The notes below the pieces were generated by a model, which ran no database searches, was not told the DNA's origin, and worked only from the letters and a program-made list of their open reading frames with translations. Positions 1-10,426 of a stretch of DNA of 64,000 nt are shown one piece after another; the first letter of the stretch is position 1, and every line of letters starts with the position of its first letter. Origin of the DNA: Candidatus Poribacteria bacterium (GTDB lineage Bacteria > Poribacteria > WGA-4E > PCPOR2b); the NCBI GenBank assembly GCA_965215015.1, contig OZ244042.1, positions 3,680,001 to 3,744,000 of the forward strand. The letters run 5' to 3'. A program made the position numbers and the translations under genes.

Positions 1-330
1 GTTGCGTCGCGTGATAATTGCTGGATGAATATTCTCCCGATCGGCGGTACGTTCGGTATTTAGCCCAAACGAATCCCAACCCATTGGGTGTAGTACATTA
101 TAGCCCTGCATACGTCTCATGCGCGCCAACACATCGGTAGCCGTATAGCCTTCGGGATGTCCAATATGGAGCCCTACACCGGAGGTATAAGGAAACATAT
201 CGAGGATATAATACTTCGGCTTCCCTTCCCACGCCTTCGGATCGTCAGGTGTACGAAACGTCTTACGTTCCTCCCAAATATTTTGCCACTTCGGTTCAAT
301 GGCTGCAGGGTCATAAGTATGTTTTTGCAT
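1..330 (-). CDS. leuS: Leucine--tRNA ligase, N-terminal part (runs off the window)
   Basis: Manual translation [21 protein letters not shown]...[27 protein letters not shown]...[15 protein letters not shown]; HIGH motif; GAGGAG RBS upstream. Not in the ORF track. Confidence 0.95.
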   Translation of the reverse strand, partial: MQKHTYDPAAIEPKWQNIWEERKTFRTPDDPKAWEGKPKYYILDMFPYTSGVGLHIGHPEGYTATDVLARMRRMQGYNVLHPMGWDSFGLNTERTADRENIHPAIITRRN

Positions 331-469
331 CTAAAATCTCCTCAAGTTATTTTATTTTGAACACGGGTAAGGTAGGATTGCGTGGATTTTTTTGCGGTGC
401 CCCGTTTACAGTGTAATATTGCGGTCCTAATTCGCTTTATTAAAAATCCTTTAGGGGTAAACCCCATGC

Positions 470-537
470 CCCTCCGCTTGCGGGGTTGCATCCCCCTTTG
501 CGTCCTCCCTCCGCTTGCGGGGGGACCGAGGGGGGTA
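470..537. repeat. CC(C/T)CCGCTTGCGGGG palindromic REP-like repeat (two units)
   Basis: cctccgcttgcgggg occurs twice; the same motif is at about 31768-31830, 42315-42370 and 53160-53950. Confidence 0.75.
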
Positions 538-634
538 AAGGTTTCAACCCATTTTGGAAGGAAACACCTGTTTGAAAGCAGGAAGGAATTGGAAAACTCA
601 ATTTTCACATGAAAGGACTTAACCTGCATCATAT

Positions 635-1063
635 TTAAGCTTGGAGCAGCTCTACACTCACGCCATCAGGGGCATTAAGATAGGCAATGCTACCCCCCCA
701 AGTACTTCCAATCGAATCATGAGGCTCAATGGAGAAGGTGGCCCCCTTTTTCTTAAGACTGTTACAGAATTTAGTGAGGTCTCCATGTACACGGAAGGCA
801 AAGTGATCCGTGCCCCACTCATTGTGGCTGGCAAAATCCCCGAAAGACTGTATACTGTTTGTTCTGTCCGGATGCTCACCCGGCCGCCGCCCGCGGATAA
901 GGATAGTTATCCCCTCGAAAACAACAGCAATCTGAGGGGCACCACGGAGCTCGTACGTCTCGGCGACTTTGCCTCCCAGCATGTCCGCGTACCACGCTGC
1001 AGAGGATTGCGGATCCTCACTGATGATGTGGATGTGCTCAAAAATGAGACTGGTATCAGCCAT
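635..1063 (-). CDS. VOC/glyoxalase family protein
   Basis: FEHIHI...WY..MLG, DHFAF.V, C-terminal APDGVSVELLQ; start moved to the ATG at 1063 after an AGGAAAGG RBS. Confidence 0.85.
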   Translation of the reverse strand: MADTSLIFEHIHIISEDPQSSAAWYADMLGGKVAETYELRGAPQIAVVFEGITILIRGRRPGEHPDRTNSIQSFGDFASHNEWGTDHFAFRVHGDLTKFCNSLKKKGATFSIEPHDSIGSTWGGSIAYLNAPDGVSVELLQA

Positions 1064-1147
1064 AACGGTTTTCCTTTCCTGACTCTCCTGCCTCAATGCA
1101 ATTGGGGCCTTCACAAGCCCCCATTTGCTTGAATTGGACTGAAAGGG

Positions 1148-1972
1148 TTATGTGAGGTTTCTGACCGAACGGTCAGCAATCGCCGCCTCGCCCAGGTGTT
1201 CTCGCATCCACTCACGAAGCGGAACATCTTCGTTCTTCGGTGTCGTTAGCCCTAAATTGCCTGTTTTCGATCCGAGTAACTGGCGTCGAATCGGATCGCA
1301 TCGATCCATGTAATGAGAGACGGTCATCTCATCTCTCGGATGGAACCATCGGAGACTGTAGCCGACGAATAGCACCTTTCGCGTAATATCCGAGAAATTC
1401 CATCCACCCGCGTGCCAAATCCGCCGATCGAAGATGACAGCGGTGCCCGCAGGGACCCGAACTTCATGTGCATCTGGCGGATTTGAAACGCCATCGGCGG
1501 GGTATTCAACTTCATCTATTAGATGGCTGCCGGGGATGACACTAAAGTTGCCGCGCCCCCCTTCAGAAACATCAGTCAGGAAATAACCCACCTTGACGGA
1601 AATACGCGGTGCGGGTATCGTTTCAATGTCCAAACTCACACGCCCACTGTCCTGATGCCAATGAATACGCTTTTTTGAGGGTCGATCTTCCAAGGGCACC
1701 GGAGGGGTAACTGTGATGTGCGTGTGGTACAGGTGGATGTTCCAACCGAGGATGCCCCATACTTTGGGAAGGGTTCGGTGCCAATCAATCAGCTCTAAAA
1801 ATCGATCGTCTTTCCCTATGAAGTCCACGCCGGGTTTCACACTGTCTACCGCTTCGATGAGACCCTCAACCATTGGAGCTGGCAGGGCATTATCGACTAC
1901 AACGAATCCGTCTCGCTCAAATTGAGCGTGTTCTTCCTCTGTCAGAAGGTGCTGCAAGCATTGGGGGTCCAT
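1148..1972 (-). CDS. Phytanoyl-CoA dioxygenase (PhyH) family 2OG-Fe(II) oxygenase
   Basis: FERDGFVVV, WHQD (HxD), IPGSH, IFDRRIWHAG. Confidence 0.9.
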   Translation of the reverse strand: MDPQCLQHLLTEEEHAQFERDGFVVVDNALPAPMVEGLIEAVDSVKPGVDFIGKDDRFLELIDWHRTLPKVWGILGWNIHLYHTHITVTPPVPLEDRPSKKRIHWHQDSGRVSLDIETIPAPRISVKVGYFLTDVSEGGRGNFSVIPGSHLIDEVEYPADGVSNPPDAHEVRVPAGTAVIFDRRIWHAGGWNFSDITRKVLFVGYSLRWFHPRDEMTVSHYMDRCDPIRRQLLGSKTGNLGLTTPKNEDVPLREWMREHLGEAAIADRSVRNLT

Positions 1973-2079
1973 GATAATCTCCTCATAAATACGTTATAAC
2001 ATTTCATGTTATCCTTGACTACTTGACCGCATTCATTGCGTCAAGCCAAAGGTCAAAGCCGAATAGACAGCTCTAACTC

Positions 2080-3156
2080 TCATACTTGGTATCGTTCCAC
2101 GTCGGTGGGTTCGACAAAATCTTCACTCAGGGAGACGTTCAACTGCTCCGCCCACGTCTGAAGTTGACTATAGATGGTATCAGGAACGTTAATACCGTTA
2201 GCAAGTCGCTGAGACCGGGAATGGGATTCAAAATCCCCCGGAACCAGCACCTCGTCAAAGCCGGGTGCCGACGGTATGGCCTTAATGCCGTCGAGAAACG
2301 CACGGACACCGCGCTGATACGGCTCCAACGGCGTAAATGTGTTAATGTTAATCACCTGTATTAACGTACTGCTCCCCATGGAAGCGTTCTCAATATCAAA
2401 GGCGCCAGACAAGCCAGCCAACAGGCATGTGAGGAGGGAGAATGCGTATCCTTTATGCCCCCCGAACGTTAGCAGAGATCCTCCATCGCTAAAATCCGCC
2501 GTTTTGACGCTAGGGTTGCCATGCTTATCCACAATACAACCTTCGGGCAGGTCAACCCCCAAGCTTTGAGCGACCGAGATTTTGCCGCCAGCGATCATAC
2601 TCGTGGCAAAATCGATGATGAACGGACTGGCGTCCCCGGTTGGCACACCGACTGCGATTGGATTCGTGCCCAATGCTCCACGCGCCCCTCCGAAAGGCAC
2701 AGTGCCGCCTCTGCCCCTTGAACCGCCGCCATAGGTGATGATGCCGATACACCCCGCCTGTGCCGCTTCTTCTGCATACTCACCGAGTCGTCCGATATGC
2801 CCGGTGTTGACAAAACTCACAGCGCAGTTATCCGCAGCCTTTGCCTTCTCAATCGCCCGTTCCATCGCCCGTCGAGCGGTGTAGTGTCCAAAACCGCTCC
2901 TCCCGTCAATGCGGAAGGTATTGGCTGTCTCGTTGGATACCTCCGGTTCAGCGGCAGGCAGAATCCCACCATTTGAGATGCTATCCAGATAGTTGGGGAG
3001 GCGGAGTACACCATGCGAGTCGTGCCCGGCGAGGTTGGCGTTGACCAAGATTTCTGCGACAACCTCAGCGATGTGATGCGGCGTATCCGCCGCCATTGTC
3101 AGGTGCCGTATCACTGCATGTAGATGGCTTGCGTTGAAACAGTGCATTTCTGCCAT
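2080..3156 (-). CDS. Ldh_2 family oxidoreductase (malate/L-sulfolactate/ureidoglycolate dehydrogenase-like)
   Basis: GHDSHG, HIGRLG.YA, GTNPIA, D.ATS, GGHKGY and VLVPG motifs. Confidence 0.9.
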   Translation of the reverse strand: MAEMHCFNASHLHAVIRHLTMAADTPHHIAEVVAEILVNANLAGHDSHGVLRLPNYLDSISNGGILPAAEPEVSNETANTFRIDGRSGFGHYTARRAMERAIEKAKAADNCAVSFVNTGHIGRLGEYAEEAAQAGCIGIITYGGGSRGRGGTVPFGGARGALGTNPIAVGVPTGDASPFIIDFATSMIAGGKISVAQSLGVDLPEGCIVDKHGNPSVKTADFSDGGSLLTFGGHKGYAFSLLTCLLAGLSGAFDIENASMGSSTLIQVININTFTPLEPYQRGVRAFLDGIKAIPSAPGFDEVLVPGDFESHSRSQRLANGINVPDTIYSQLQTWAEQLNVSLSEDFVEPTDVERYQV

Positions 3157-3216
3157 AGTTTTTACTCCTTCTCCGTTATCGCTCAGTGAGATCGAACTAC
3201 ATTAGTCTTGGTAAAT

Positions 3217-3245
3217 ATCATACACAAGAATCAAGCACCTGTCAA
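3217..3245 (-). promoter_or_regulatory. Sigma70-type promoter of the Ldh_2/PhyH/VOC genes
   Basis: TTGACA-N17-TATGAT on the minus strand, directly next to the IS target site. Confidence 0.75.
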
Positions 3246-3258
3246 CACCCAAAATACT

Positions 3259-4597
3259 CTCACTTACCCCCATTTTTTTTAGAGTTGTAATGTTGGTTGT
3301 TTTTGAGAGGTCTAGATGTGAGAAAGGGTTATCAAATATGGTAAAATACCTCCCTGTATAAAATAACCATTGTTTTACACAAGGAGGTATTATGAAAGGC
3401 ACCCACCGCCATAAGCGGGTGAATCCCAGTTCTATGATAACCACTCTGACCGAGATTTTCAACCCCGTATTGAAAAAACCGGCGTTAAAAAACCGGATAC
3501 TCACGATCCTAGCCATTGTGTTGGCCCAGAAGTTTCGGATAAACGAAATAGCTTTACGCTTGCCAGTAGCCGTCAAACATCAAAAGACGAAACAGAAACG
3601 CCTGCTTCGATTCTTAGCTCGTCGCTTTCCTATTGACGCGGTGATGGGGTGCTGGTTGGGCTTTGTGCTCCGCCGGGTCTGTGAACGTCACGCCGGACGC
3701 CGGTTGATTTTAGTGGATGAAACCCAGGTGTTTGGCCATTTCAAAGCGATTGTTGCCGCGGTGCCGTTCCGCCGCCGGGCGGTTCCTATCTACTGGCACC
3801 TCTACACCGATGCTGAGATTCAACAGTTGACCTATACCAGCCATAATGAGATTATCCAACGCTTTTGTCTCACACTGTATCAAAAGACAGAAGCGATTTT
3901 ACCGCCCCCGTGTGAAGCCACGTTGATATTCGATAGAGGCTTCGCGCGTGCTAAATATGTGATAAAGTTTCTCAAGACACAACGGATTCCGTTTATCATC
4001 CGCGTGTGTCGTAACGCGCGCATGACCGTCTGGGGCACTGTTAAAAAGGCAGAACAGTTGCAGGAAACGGGGTTCTATCCACAGATTCTCTATCACTTAA
4101 CCGAGCCGATTCGACTCAACCTGTATGTCGTCAGAGAGGCGCGGTTGGCTGAACCGATGTATCTGATTTCAAGTCATCTGACGGGGCGTCAAATATACCA
4201 CTATTATAAGCGAAGAATGCAGATTGAACACGGCTTTCGGGACATCAAGACCGGTTTTGGCTTTGGCAGCTTGAGACTCAAAAAACCGTCAAAAGCCCGC
4301 ATCAACCTGTTATGGCTCTTAGCTTGTATCAGTTATGGCTTACTGTTTATCACCTATCAAAAGTCAGGCGATCGATGGGCAAAAACATTCAACACACGGA
4401 CAAAAATATACTCACTCATTACCGTGATAAAGCGAGTGGTGGCTGAGGCGTGGAGCGGGTGGTGTCTCAATCCATGGTTCACACTCCCACTGTGCAGGGG
4501 AGATACATGCAAACACCCTTAATGACAGGTATTCTCACTATCCTAAATCATAAAAATATCTCAAATCTATAACCAAAAAAAAATGGGGGTAAATGAA
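3259..4597 (+). mobile_element. Complete IS4-like insertion sequence
   Basis: Left TIR ctcacttacccccatttttttt vs right TIR (reverse complement) ttcatttacccccatttttttt; 10-bp direct repeat ccaaaatact at 3249-3258 and 4598-4607; encloses a DDE transposase. Confidence 0.9.
3392..4522 (+). CDS. IS4-family DDE transposase
   Basis: ILVDET, IFDRGF, and YKRRMQIEHGFRDIK (YREK signature). Confidence 0.9.
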   Translation: MKGTHRHKRVNPSSMITTLTEIFNPVLKKPALKNRILTILAIVLAQKFRINEIALRLPVAVKHQKTKQKRLLRFLARRFPIDAVMGCWLGFVLRRVCERHAGRRLILVDETQVFGHFKAIVAAVPFRRRAVPIYWHLYTDAEIQQLTYTSHNEIIQRFCLTLYQKTEAILPPPCEATLIFDRGFARAKYVIKFLKTQRIPFIIRVCRNARMTVWGTVKKAEQLQETGFYPQILYHLTEPIRLNLYVVREARLAEPMYLISSHLTGRQIYHYYKRRMQIEHGFRDIKTGFGFGSLRLKKPSKARINLLWLLACISYGLLFITYQKSGDRWAKTFNTRTKIYSLITVIKRVVAEAWSGWCLNPWFTLPLCRGDTCKHP

Positions 4598-4670
4598 CCA
4601 AAATACTAGAGACCTATATTAAAAGAGAGTGTAAAATGCTAAAAGCGTGAAACGTGATGTCCCGATCGGG

Positions 4671-4740
4671 AGAACACCCGGAACATCGCGCGATGTCCCG
4701 GGTTGATTGAGCCAAGATTATAGCGCGATAGTGTCTAGTA
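4671..4740. repeat. Dispersed hairpin repeat (cccggaacatcgcgcgatgtcccggg...attgagccaagattat)
   Basis: Reverse-complement homologues at about 33381-33446 and 46618-46700. Confidence 0.65.
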
Positions 4741-5118
4741 TCTTTGTAAGCCTCTGATGAATCGGATCCAACGATACAGGCACGTGAAACGTGAAAAACA
4801 TATGTTCATTAGTTCATTGATGCAGTCAGGCGGAGAAGCTCGACCTAGGAGGCTCAAAAAAACAGTCAAAAGCGCAAAACGAAACCGAGTTTTTGACAAT
4901 AAGGAATAACAATCGTTGTTCCCTACGGTTTCCGGTGCATTATTTCTTAACATGAGCCATGCTAGAAAGATGAGCAAAATGTTGAACCTGTACCCGCTTT
5001 GTGAGCTTCTATCCGTTCTCGATTTTTGTTCTAAATCTCTCGCCGTTTTGATATACTTCTTAAGAGACTATGCCACCCGCAACCACGTCCACGATTTTGA
5101 AACCGTTGGAGACTTCTT

Positions 5119-6744
5119 ATGGATGCACTAGATGGAACAGCACTTAACGGATTACCCATCAGCCACGAACATATTACGGCTATCAATCGGCAGCGTCGAA
5201 TTATCTTCCAAGACGATGTATTGGCTAACGATGTATTTAGGACTGACGAAGTTGGGACAGAACGGCTAGATAAGATTATTGACTTCTACATGAGTCGCCT
5301 TGATGAACAACCCAACCAAATCGATAGCATTTGGTTTGAATGGGGGGAAGGGAACACAGCGGTTTGGCCCAGTCAGCTGATACCCTGTACGGAAAATGTC
5401 TTTCCGAGATGGTGGGCAGCTGGCATCGATCCAGTGGAGGTTCTCTTGACCGAGGCAAAGAAGCGCGGGCGCGAGGTTTTCTTTTCGTACCGAATCAATG
5501 GATCCGACAACGATGCCCTATTCGATCCGCCCCATCCGTTCGATCAGCCGATTCCGTTAAAAGCGGAGCATCCAGACTGGCTAATCCGCAAATGGCACCC
5601 CTATTGGAATTTTTCCTTCAAAGGGGTTCGTGACTTGAAGCTAGACGTGGTGCGCGAAGTAGCGGAGATGTACGACTTCGACGGTATCCATATCGATTTC
5701 GCACGTATCCCGGTGTTGTTCCCGGAGGAGCAATGGTTGCACCGTGATATACTGAGCGACTTCATGCGTGATATACGCACTACGTTGCTTGACGTTGAGG
5801 CCAAACGAGGGCGACCGCTCCTGCTCGCAGCCCGTGTGACGGAAGATCTTATGGGGTGTCATTTTGACGGTATGGACGTGGAAACTTGGGTGCGGGATTT
5901 TTTGGTCGATATCCTCGTCATTGGCACACGCACAGCAAACGCGGACCTCACCCCTTTTCGTCATATCACCAAGGACACCCCCATCAAACTCTACCCAAGT
6001 TGGGATGACCATCACTCTTCCGATGGGTATAGGGAGCCGGATCTGGAAATCTGGCGTGGTGTCTGCGCTAACTGGTGGCGTCAAAATCCTGATGGCATGC
6101 ACACTTTCAATTTAATGGTCTCCTCCCCACAATCGGCACAAAATCTGGGGATGAGCCCCTCCGCTAGATGGGAAACACAGCGCAAAGTCTTCAGTGAAAT
6201 CGGCAGTCCCGAAACGCTCAAAGGGGTAGACAAAGTGTTTTTCGTTGAGCGGCGCGGAGGCGGGCACGCTGAATACGTCGTGCCATCGCCGGCGAACTGG
6301 CACACTCCAAGGCACATGTATTTCCAGACCAACATGCTGGCAGCCTTGCCTGCGGGATTAGCAGATGATGGTGGAGAGGATACGCTGCTCATCTTGGACG
6401 TGGCAGATGATGTGAACGCCGCAGCAGCAAAAATCGATCAGATAACGCTGCAAATCGCTATCTCCAATGGAGCCGGTGAAGCTGTGTTTCTGAACAAAAG
6501 ACTTGAGGAGATTGGAACACGGGTTGAGGTAAGACTGAACAATATATTGCTAGACACCCCTCACACTGAGACAGTAGAGACCTCGAAGGAACATGCTTTC
6601 AAGAACTGGCTGATTTTCACCGTATCCCCGCGTTACCTTGCAGTAGGTGCCAACCTCGTCGGTGTGAGATTGAGTCAACAATTACCTACTGTTTTCGGTC
6701 GTATCCAGATTGAAAAACTTGAACTACATATCCGCTACAAGTAG
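5119..6744 (+). CDS. Glycoside hydrolase-like 10 (GHL10/DUF187-like TIM-barrel) protein
   Basis: GIDPVEVL..EAKKRG..FFSYR.N, EHPDW, VR.......EVAEMYDFDGIHIDF.R pattern. Confidence 0.7.
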   Translation: MDALDGTALNGLPISHEHITAINRQRRIIFQDDVLANDVFRTDEVGTERLDKIIDFYMSRLDEQPNQIDSIWFEWGEGNTAVWPSQLIPCTENVFPRWWAAGIDPVEVLLTEAKKRGREVFFSYRINGSDNDALFDPPHPFDQPIPLKAEHPDWLIRKWHPYWNFSFKGVRDLKLDVVREVAEMYDFDGIHIDFARIPVLFPEEQWLHRDILSDFMRDIRTTLLDVEAKRGRPLLLAARVTEDLMGCHFDGMDVETWVRDFLVDILVIGTRTANADLTPFRHITKDTPIKLYPSWDDHHSSDGYREPDLEIWRGVCANWWRQNPDGMHTFNLMVSSPQSAQNLGMSPSARWETQRKVFSEIGSPETLKGVDKVFFVERRGGGHAEYVVPSPANWHTPRHMYFQTNMLAALPAGLADDGGEDTLLILDVADDVNAAAAKIDQITLQIAISNGAGEAVFLNKRLEEIGTRVEVRLNNILLDTPHTETVETSKEHAFKNWLIFTVSPRYLAVGANLVGVRLSQQLPTVFGRIQIEKLELHIRYK

Positions 6745-7034
6745 AGCGTGTTGACACTTTACTCACGCGAATTTGGTAAATGCTGTAATATTGTACTATC
6801 CACCCCAAACCGAGATGGTTGTCCTAAGGCATCTCTAGGGGCATTAAGATTGAGTTAATCCGTCAAATGCCAACAGGACCTGGTGTTTCCACTTTGATCG
6901 GTTGGTAGACGGACTAACCCACAAACCGCTGTCAAACTCGCTGTATATATTTGAAAGGGACCCTCATAACTTTATCAGAAAATACGAAGGTAGAAATTCT
7001 CAACTACCACTGCAAATCACCAAATGAGGAAATT

Positions 7035-8318
7035 ATGACCACAACTGAATTACTTGCGCGCCGTGAACGACTGTTGGGCACTGGAACACCACTTTTCTAC
7101 CAAGAAGCGGTGAACATCGTGCGGGGAGAAGGGGTCTGGCTGTTTGATGACGATGGGCATTGCTATCTTGATATGTACAACAATGTACCTTGTGTCGGGC
7201 ATTGCCACCCGTATGTGGTCGAGGCAATGTACCGGCAGGCAAAGACGCTCAACGTCCACAGCCGCTATCTGCACGAAGGTGTCCTCGACTATGCGGAACG
7301 GTTGACCAACTGCCACGCTGAGGGATTGGCAAGTGTTGTGTTCACCTGCACCGGAACGGAAGCCAATGAAGTTGCCATGAACATGGCTCGCATTACAACC
7401 GGTGGTCGGGGGATTATCTGCACTGACGCTGCATACCACGGTAACAGCACCGAAGTTGGCAAGCTCACACGCGCTAGGGATGGGGATCCTGAGATTCGTG
7501 CTATTCCATATCCGCAGCGTTATCGTCCGTTACGAGAAGATGTGTCCGAAGCCGAACTGACCAATCTCTACCTCTCAGAAGTTCGCACAGCGATCGACAG
7601 TTTTGCCGCCAATAATATCCCCTTCGCAGGCATGTTGGTTTGTCCTATCCTCGCCAACGAGGGGTTGCCCGATATCCCGAACGGTTTTATGCCGCAAGCA
7701 GCCGAAGTGGTTCGTGATGCAGGTGGGTTGTTCATTGCGGACGAAGTACAGGCAGGCTTCTGCCGAACTGGTAGGTGGTGGGGTTATGAGGTGATGGATT
7801 TCGTTCCAGACATCGTTACAATGGGCAAACCGATGGGGAACGGGCTGCCTCTGGCTGGGACCGTTGCGAGAACGGAACTGGTGGATGCTTTCCGCGAAAG
7901 GAAACGCTACTTCAACACCTTTGCCGCCAGTCCGTTACAGGCAGCGGCAGGTATGGCGGTATTAGAGGTAATCGAAGTCGAAAACTTGCGGCAGAACGTC
8001 GCCCATGTCGGGGACTACCTTCGTGCCGAGCTGATCAAACTCCAACTACACTGCCCACCTATGGCAGAAATTCGAGGACACGGTTTGTTCATCGGGTTGG
8101 AGTGGGTGAGTGACCGCGATACCAAAACCCCTGACCGCGACGGTGCCACACTATTCGTTAATCGCTTAAAGGATAAGGGTTTCCTCATCGGCAGTGCCGG
8201 ATCGCTTGGCAATATTCTCAAGATTCGGCCGCCGTTGGTGTTTTCTCGTGAACACGCGAATCTGTTCCTCACCGCGTTTGCGGAGATTGTGGAGGATATC
8301 TATGGCAACGGTTCTTGA
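7035..8318 (+). CDS. Class III PLP aminotransferase (phospho-lyase/GABA-aminotransferase-like)
   Basis: YLDMYNNVPCVGHCHP, GTEANE, AYHG, FIADEVQAGF.RTG, PDIVTMGKPMGNG; start ATG 7035 after GAGGA. Confidence 0.9.
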   Translation: MTTTELLARRERLLGTGTPLFYQEAVNIVRGEGVWLFDDDGHCYLDMYNNVPCVGHCHPYVVEAMYRQAKTLNVHSRYLHEGVLDYAERLTNCHAEGLASVVFTCTGTEANEVAMNMARITTGGRGIICTDAAYHGNSTEVGKLTRARDGDPEIRAIPYPQRYRPLREDVSEAELTNLYLSEVRTAIDSFAANNIPFAGMLVCPILANEGLPDIPNGFMPQAAEVVRDAGGLFIADEVQAGFCRTGRWWGYEVMDFVPDIVTMGKPMGNGLPLAGTVARTELVDAFRERKRYFNTFAASPLQAAAGMAVLEVIEVENLRQNVAHVGDYLRAELIKLQLHCPPMAEIRGHGLFIGLEWVSDRDTKTPDRDGATLFVNRLKDKGFLIGSAGSLGNILKIRPPLVFSREHANLFLTAFAEIVEDIYGNGS

Positions 8319-9294
8319 CCACGCGACGTTGCGAGCAATCGCCGAGCGGGCGTTGGGCGAGTGGGACATCTCCGCCGCGAAGCTAGAACTGATCTCCATC
8401 TCTGAAAACACCGTGTTTCGTGTTGATACCGACAGCAACCAAACCTATGTCCTTCGCATCCACCGACCGGGCTATCATAGTCTTGCGGAATTGAACTCCG
8501 AGCAACAGTGGGCAGCCGCGTTAAAACAAGCGGGCATAGGTGTACCGTTACCACGGTTGACCTGTGAGGGTTGTGGCTACGCAACAGTCCCCGTGCCCGG
8601 CTCGACGGAGATTCGACACGTTGGACTCGTTGAATGGTTCGAGGGGATAACGCTTTCGAGCATCATGGCACAGGCACCCGATATGCAGACTTTAGCGTTG
8701 CATTTTAACCAACTTGGACGCATCGCCGCCAGAATCCACAATCAAGCAGTCAACTGGCAGATTCCGGAGGATTTCCAACGACACGCCTTTGATGCAGAGG
8801 GATTGATGGGAGATACCCCCTTCTGGGGGCCCTTTTGGGTTCTACCAGAGCTAAAGGAGACAGAGCGAAATCATATTCTCAATGCTCGGCGCGCCATCTA
8901 TCGCACCTTGTCTGACTACGGCAAAGAGGGAGGAACCTATAGCTTAATCCATGCGGACCTGCACCCCCATAATCTGCTTGTAAACGGCGACCAGCTGCAC
9001 GTAATCGACTTTGACGACGCCGGTTTCGGCTGGCACCAGTACGAAATTGCTGTCGCGCTCGACGCCTATCGGAAGCCACCCCATTTCGAGGTAGCCCGCG
9101 ACGCACTGATTGCCGGCTACCGATCGGAGCGGCCTCTCTCCGACACAGCGATTAAATTACTCCCTATGTTTCTGTTAATCCGGTCGCTGGCACTGCTAGG
9201 TTGGCTTCATGAGCGCCCCGAGCACAATAGAGGCGATCGGGTGCGGAATCTAATCCAGTCCGCTTGTAGACAAGCGGAAGCACTGGGTATCTAA
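8302..9294 (+). CDS. APH/homoserine kinase type II family phosphotransferase (hydroxylysine kinase-like)
   Basis: ENTVFRV, VLRIHRPG, LIHADLHPHNLL, VIDFDD; overlaps the end of the upstream gene. Confidence 0.85.
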   Translation: MATVLDHATLRAIAERALGEWDISAAKLELISISENTVFRVDTDSNQTYVLRIHRPGYHSLAELNSEQQWAAALKQAGIGVPLPRLTCEGCGYATVPVPGSTEIRHVGLVEWFEGITLSSIMAQAPDMQTLALHFNQLGRIAARIHNQAVNWQIPEDFQRHAFDAEGLMGDTPFWGPFWVLPELKETERNHILNARRAIYRTLSDYGKEGGTYSLIHADLHPHNLLVNGDQLHVIDFDDAGFGWHQYEIAVALDAYRKPPHFEVARDALIAGYRSERPLSDTAIKLLPMFLLIRSLALLGWLHERPEHNRGDRVRNLIQSACRQAEALGI

Positions 9295-9322
9295 CACCAA
9301 TTCAATAGGCTGCAATCGGCAT

Positions 9323-10234
9323 CTATGGTTGGTAAGGTTTTCCAGTGCGGCGTAATTCTTTGGTTACCGCTAACTGGCAGGTCAAGTAGCCGCCCATATA
9401 GCCGGTGGCGAATCCGGGACGGGCATCTGCTATCGTGCCGACAATCATATTGGCGTATTCTACACTGGTGTCGTAGCGATCAACAATCAACGCTACCATC
9501 TCCGTCCAAGCGGATCTGAGCACCTCTGCCCAACTGTCGCCTCTAGCACTAGTGAGGTACTCTTCGGCACTTTCTACCACGCGGGTGGTTTCCACCACGG
9601 GGCTACTGTTGGGAAATCCGGGTGAGCGATCCACCTTGAGGGTAACAGCCGAGTCGATTTCAACCCCGGCACCGGTCAATTCACCGTCTCCCATACGGGC
9701 ATGAACATCGCCGAGGTAGAGGAAACCGCCGGGCTTCTGGGCGCGAATATGCACTGTGCTGCCAGGCTGGATGGCGTTGAAATCCATATTGCCGCCGTGG
9801 TCTATCTCGTTGGGAGCCCACGATTCAAGCTGAACAACCCCAATCATGGGCCTCACCGGTACAACGAAATCAGGTGGAAAATGGATGAGTCCATCGCGCA
9901 CCGGGGCTACGCAGCGCCAATTGCCCCAATTGGGACCACCATTGCGGTAGAAACCGTAGGGGCCCACCTCAATATTGATGATCTCGATGGATACCCAGTC
10001 GTCGGGCCCAATGCCCTCAATCTCGAAAGGACCACCGGGACGGGAATAGCGACGATGGTTTTCGCCGGAGGTTATCATCCCTGCCTTGGTTTCACCGGCA
10101 GCTTCAAAGTCGTTGTCTGCTCCACCTACAGTTTCAATGATAACGGTTTCTCCGAGTTCAAGGACACCCCGAACCTGTCCAATTTCGGGATCATCCGGGC
10201 CACTGTAACAGGGAGTTCGGTTAAAACGACGCAT
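9323..10234 (-). CDS. Acetamidase/formamidase family protein
   Basis: GPFEIEG..P.D, PVRPMIG, HGGNMD, LGDVHARMGDGE. Confidence 0.88.
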   Translation of the reverse strand: MRRFNRTPCYSGPDDPEIGQVRGVLELGETVIIETVGGADNDFEAAGETKAGMITSGENHRRYSRPGGPFEIEGIGPDDWVSIEIINIEVGPYGFYRNGGPNWGNWRCVAPVRDGLIHFPPDFVVPVRPMIGVVQLESWAPNEIDHGGNMDFNAIQPGSTVHIRAQKPGGFLYLGDVHARMGDGELTGAGVEIDSAVTLKVDRSPGFPNSSPVVETTRVVESAEEYLTSARGDSWAEVLRSAWTEMVALIVDRYDTSVEYANMIVGTIADARPGFATGYMGGYLTCQLAVTKELRRTGKPYQP

Positions 10235-10265
10235 AACAGTCTCTCCTTACTATATGTTATACTGC

Positions 10266-10398
10266 TCACCACAGAGGGCACAGAGTCGTAGAGAAAACAA
10301 GAGAACGAGACCGCGCGAAAACGAGACAATTCTCTTTTCCATTTTCGCATTTTCCGGTTTTCCCTGTATTTCTCTGCGTCTTTCGCGTCTCTGTGGTT
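10266..10398. repeat. Intergenic imperfect inverted-repeat element
   Basis: Left arm accacagagggcacagag pairs imperfectly with right arm ctctgcgtctttcgcgtctctgtggt; purine-rich then pyrimidine-rich halves. Confidence 0.5.
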
Positions 10399-10426
10399 AG
10401 ATTTTTCCGTTTAACGAGGAAACACA

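Noticed and set aside
6744-6881. Possible IS5-type MITE (gagcgtgttgacact ... aatgccaacaggacc)
   Set aside because: The ends match at only about 11 of 17 positions, with no second copy or clear TSD.
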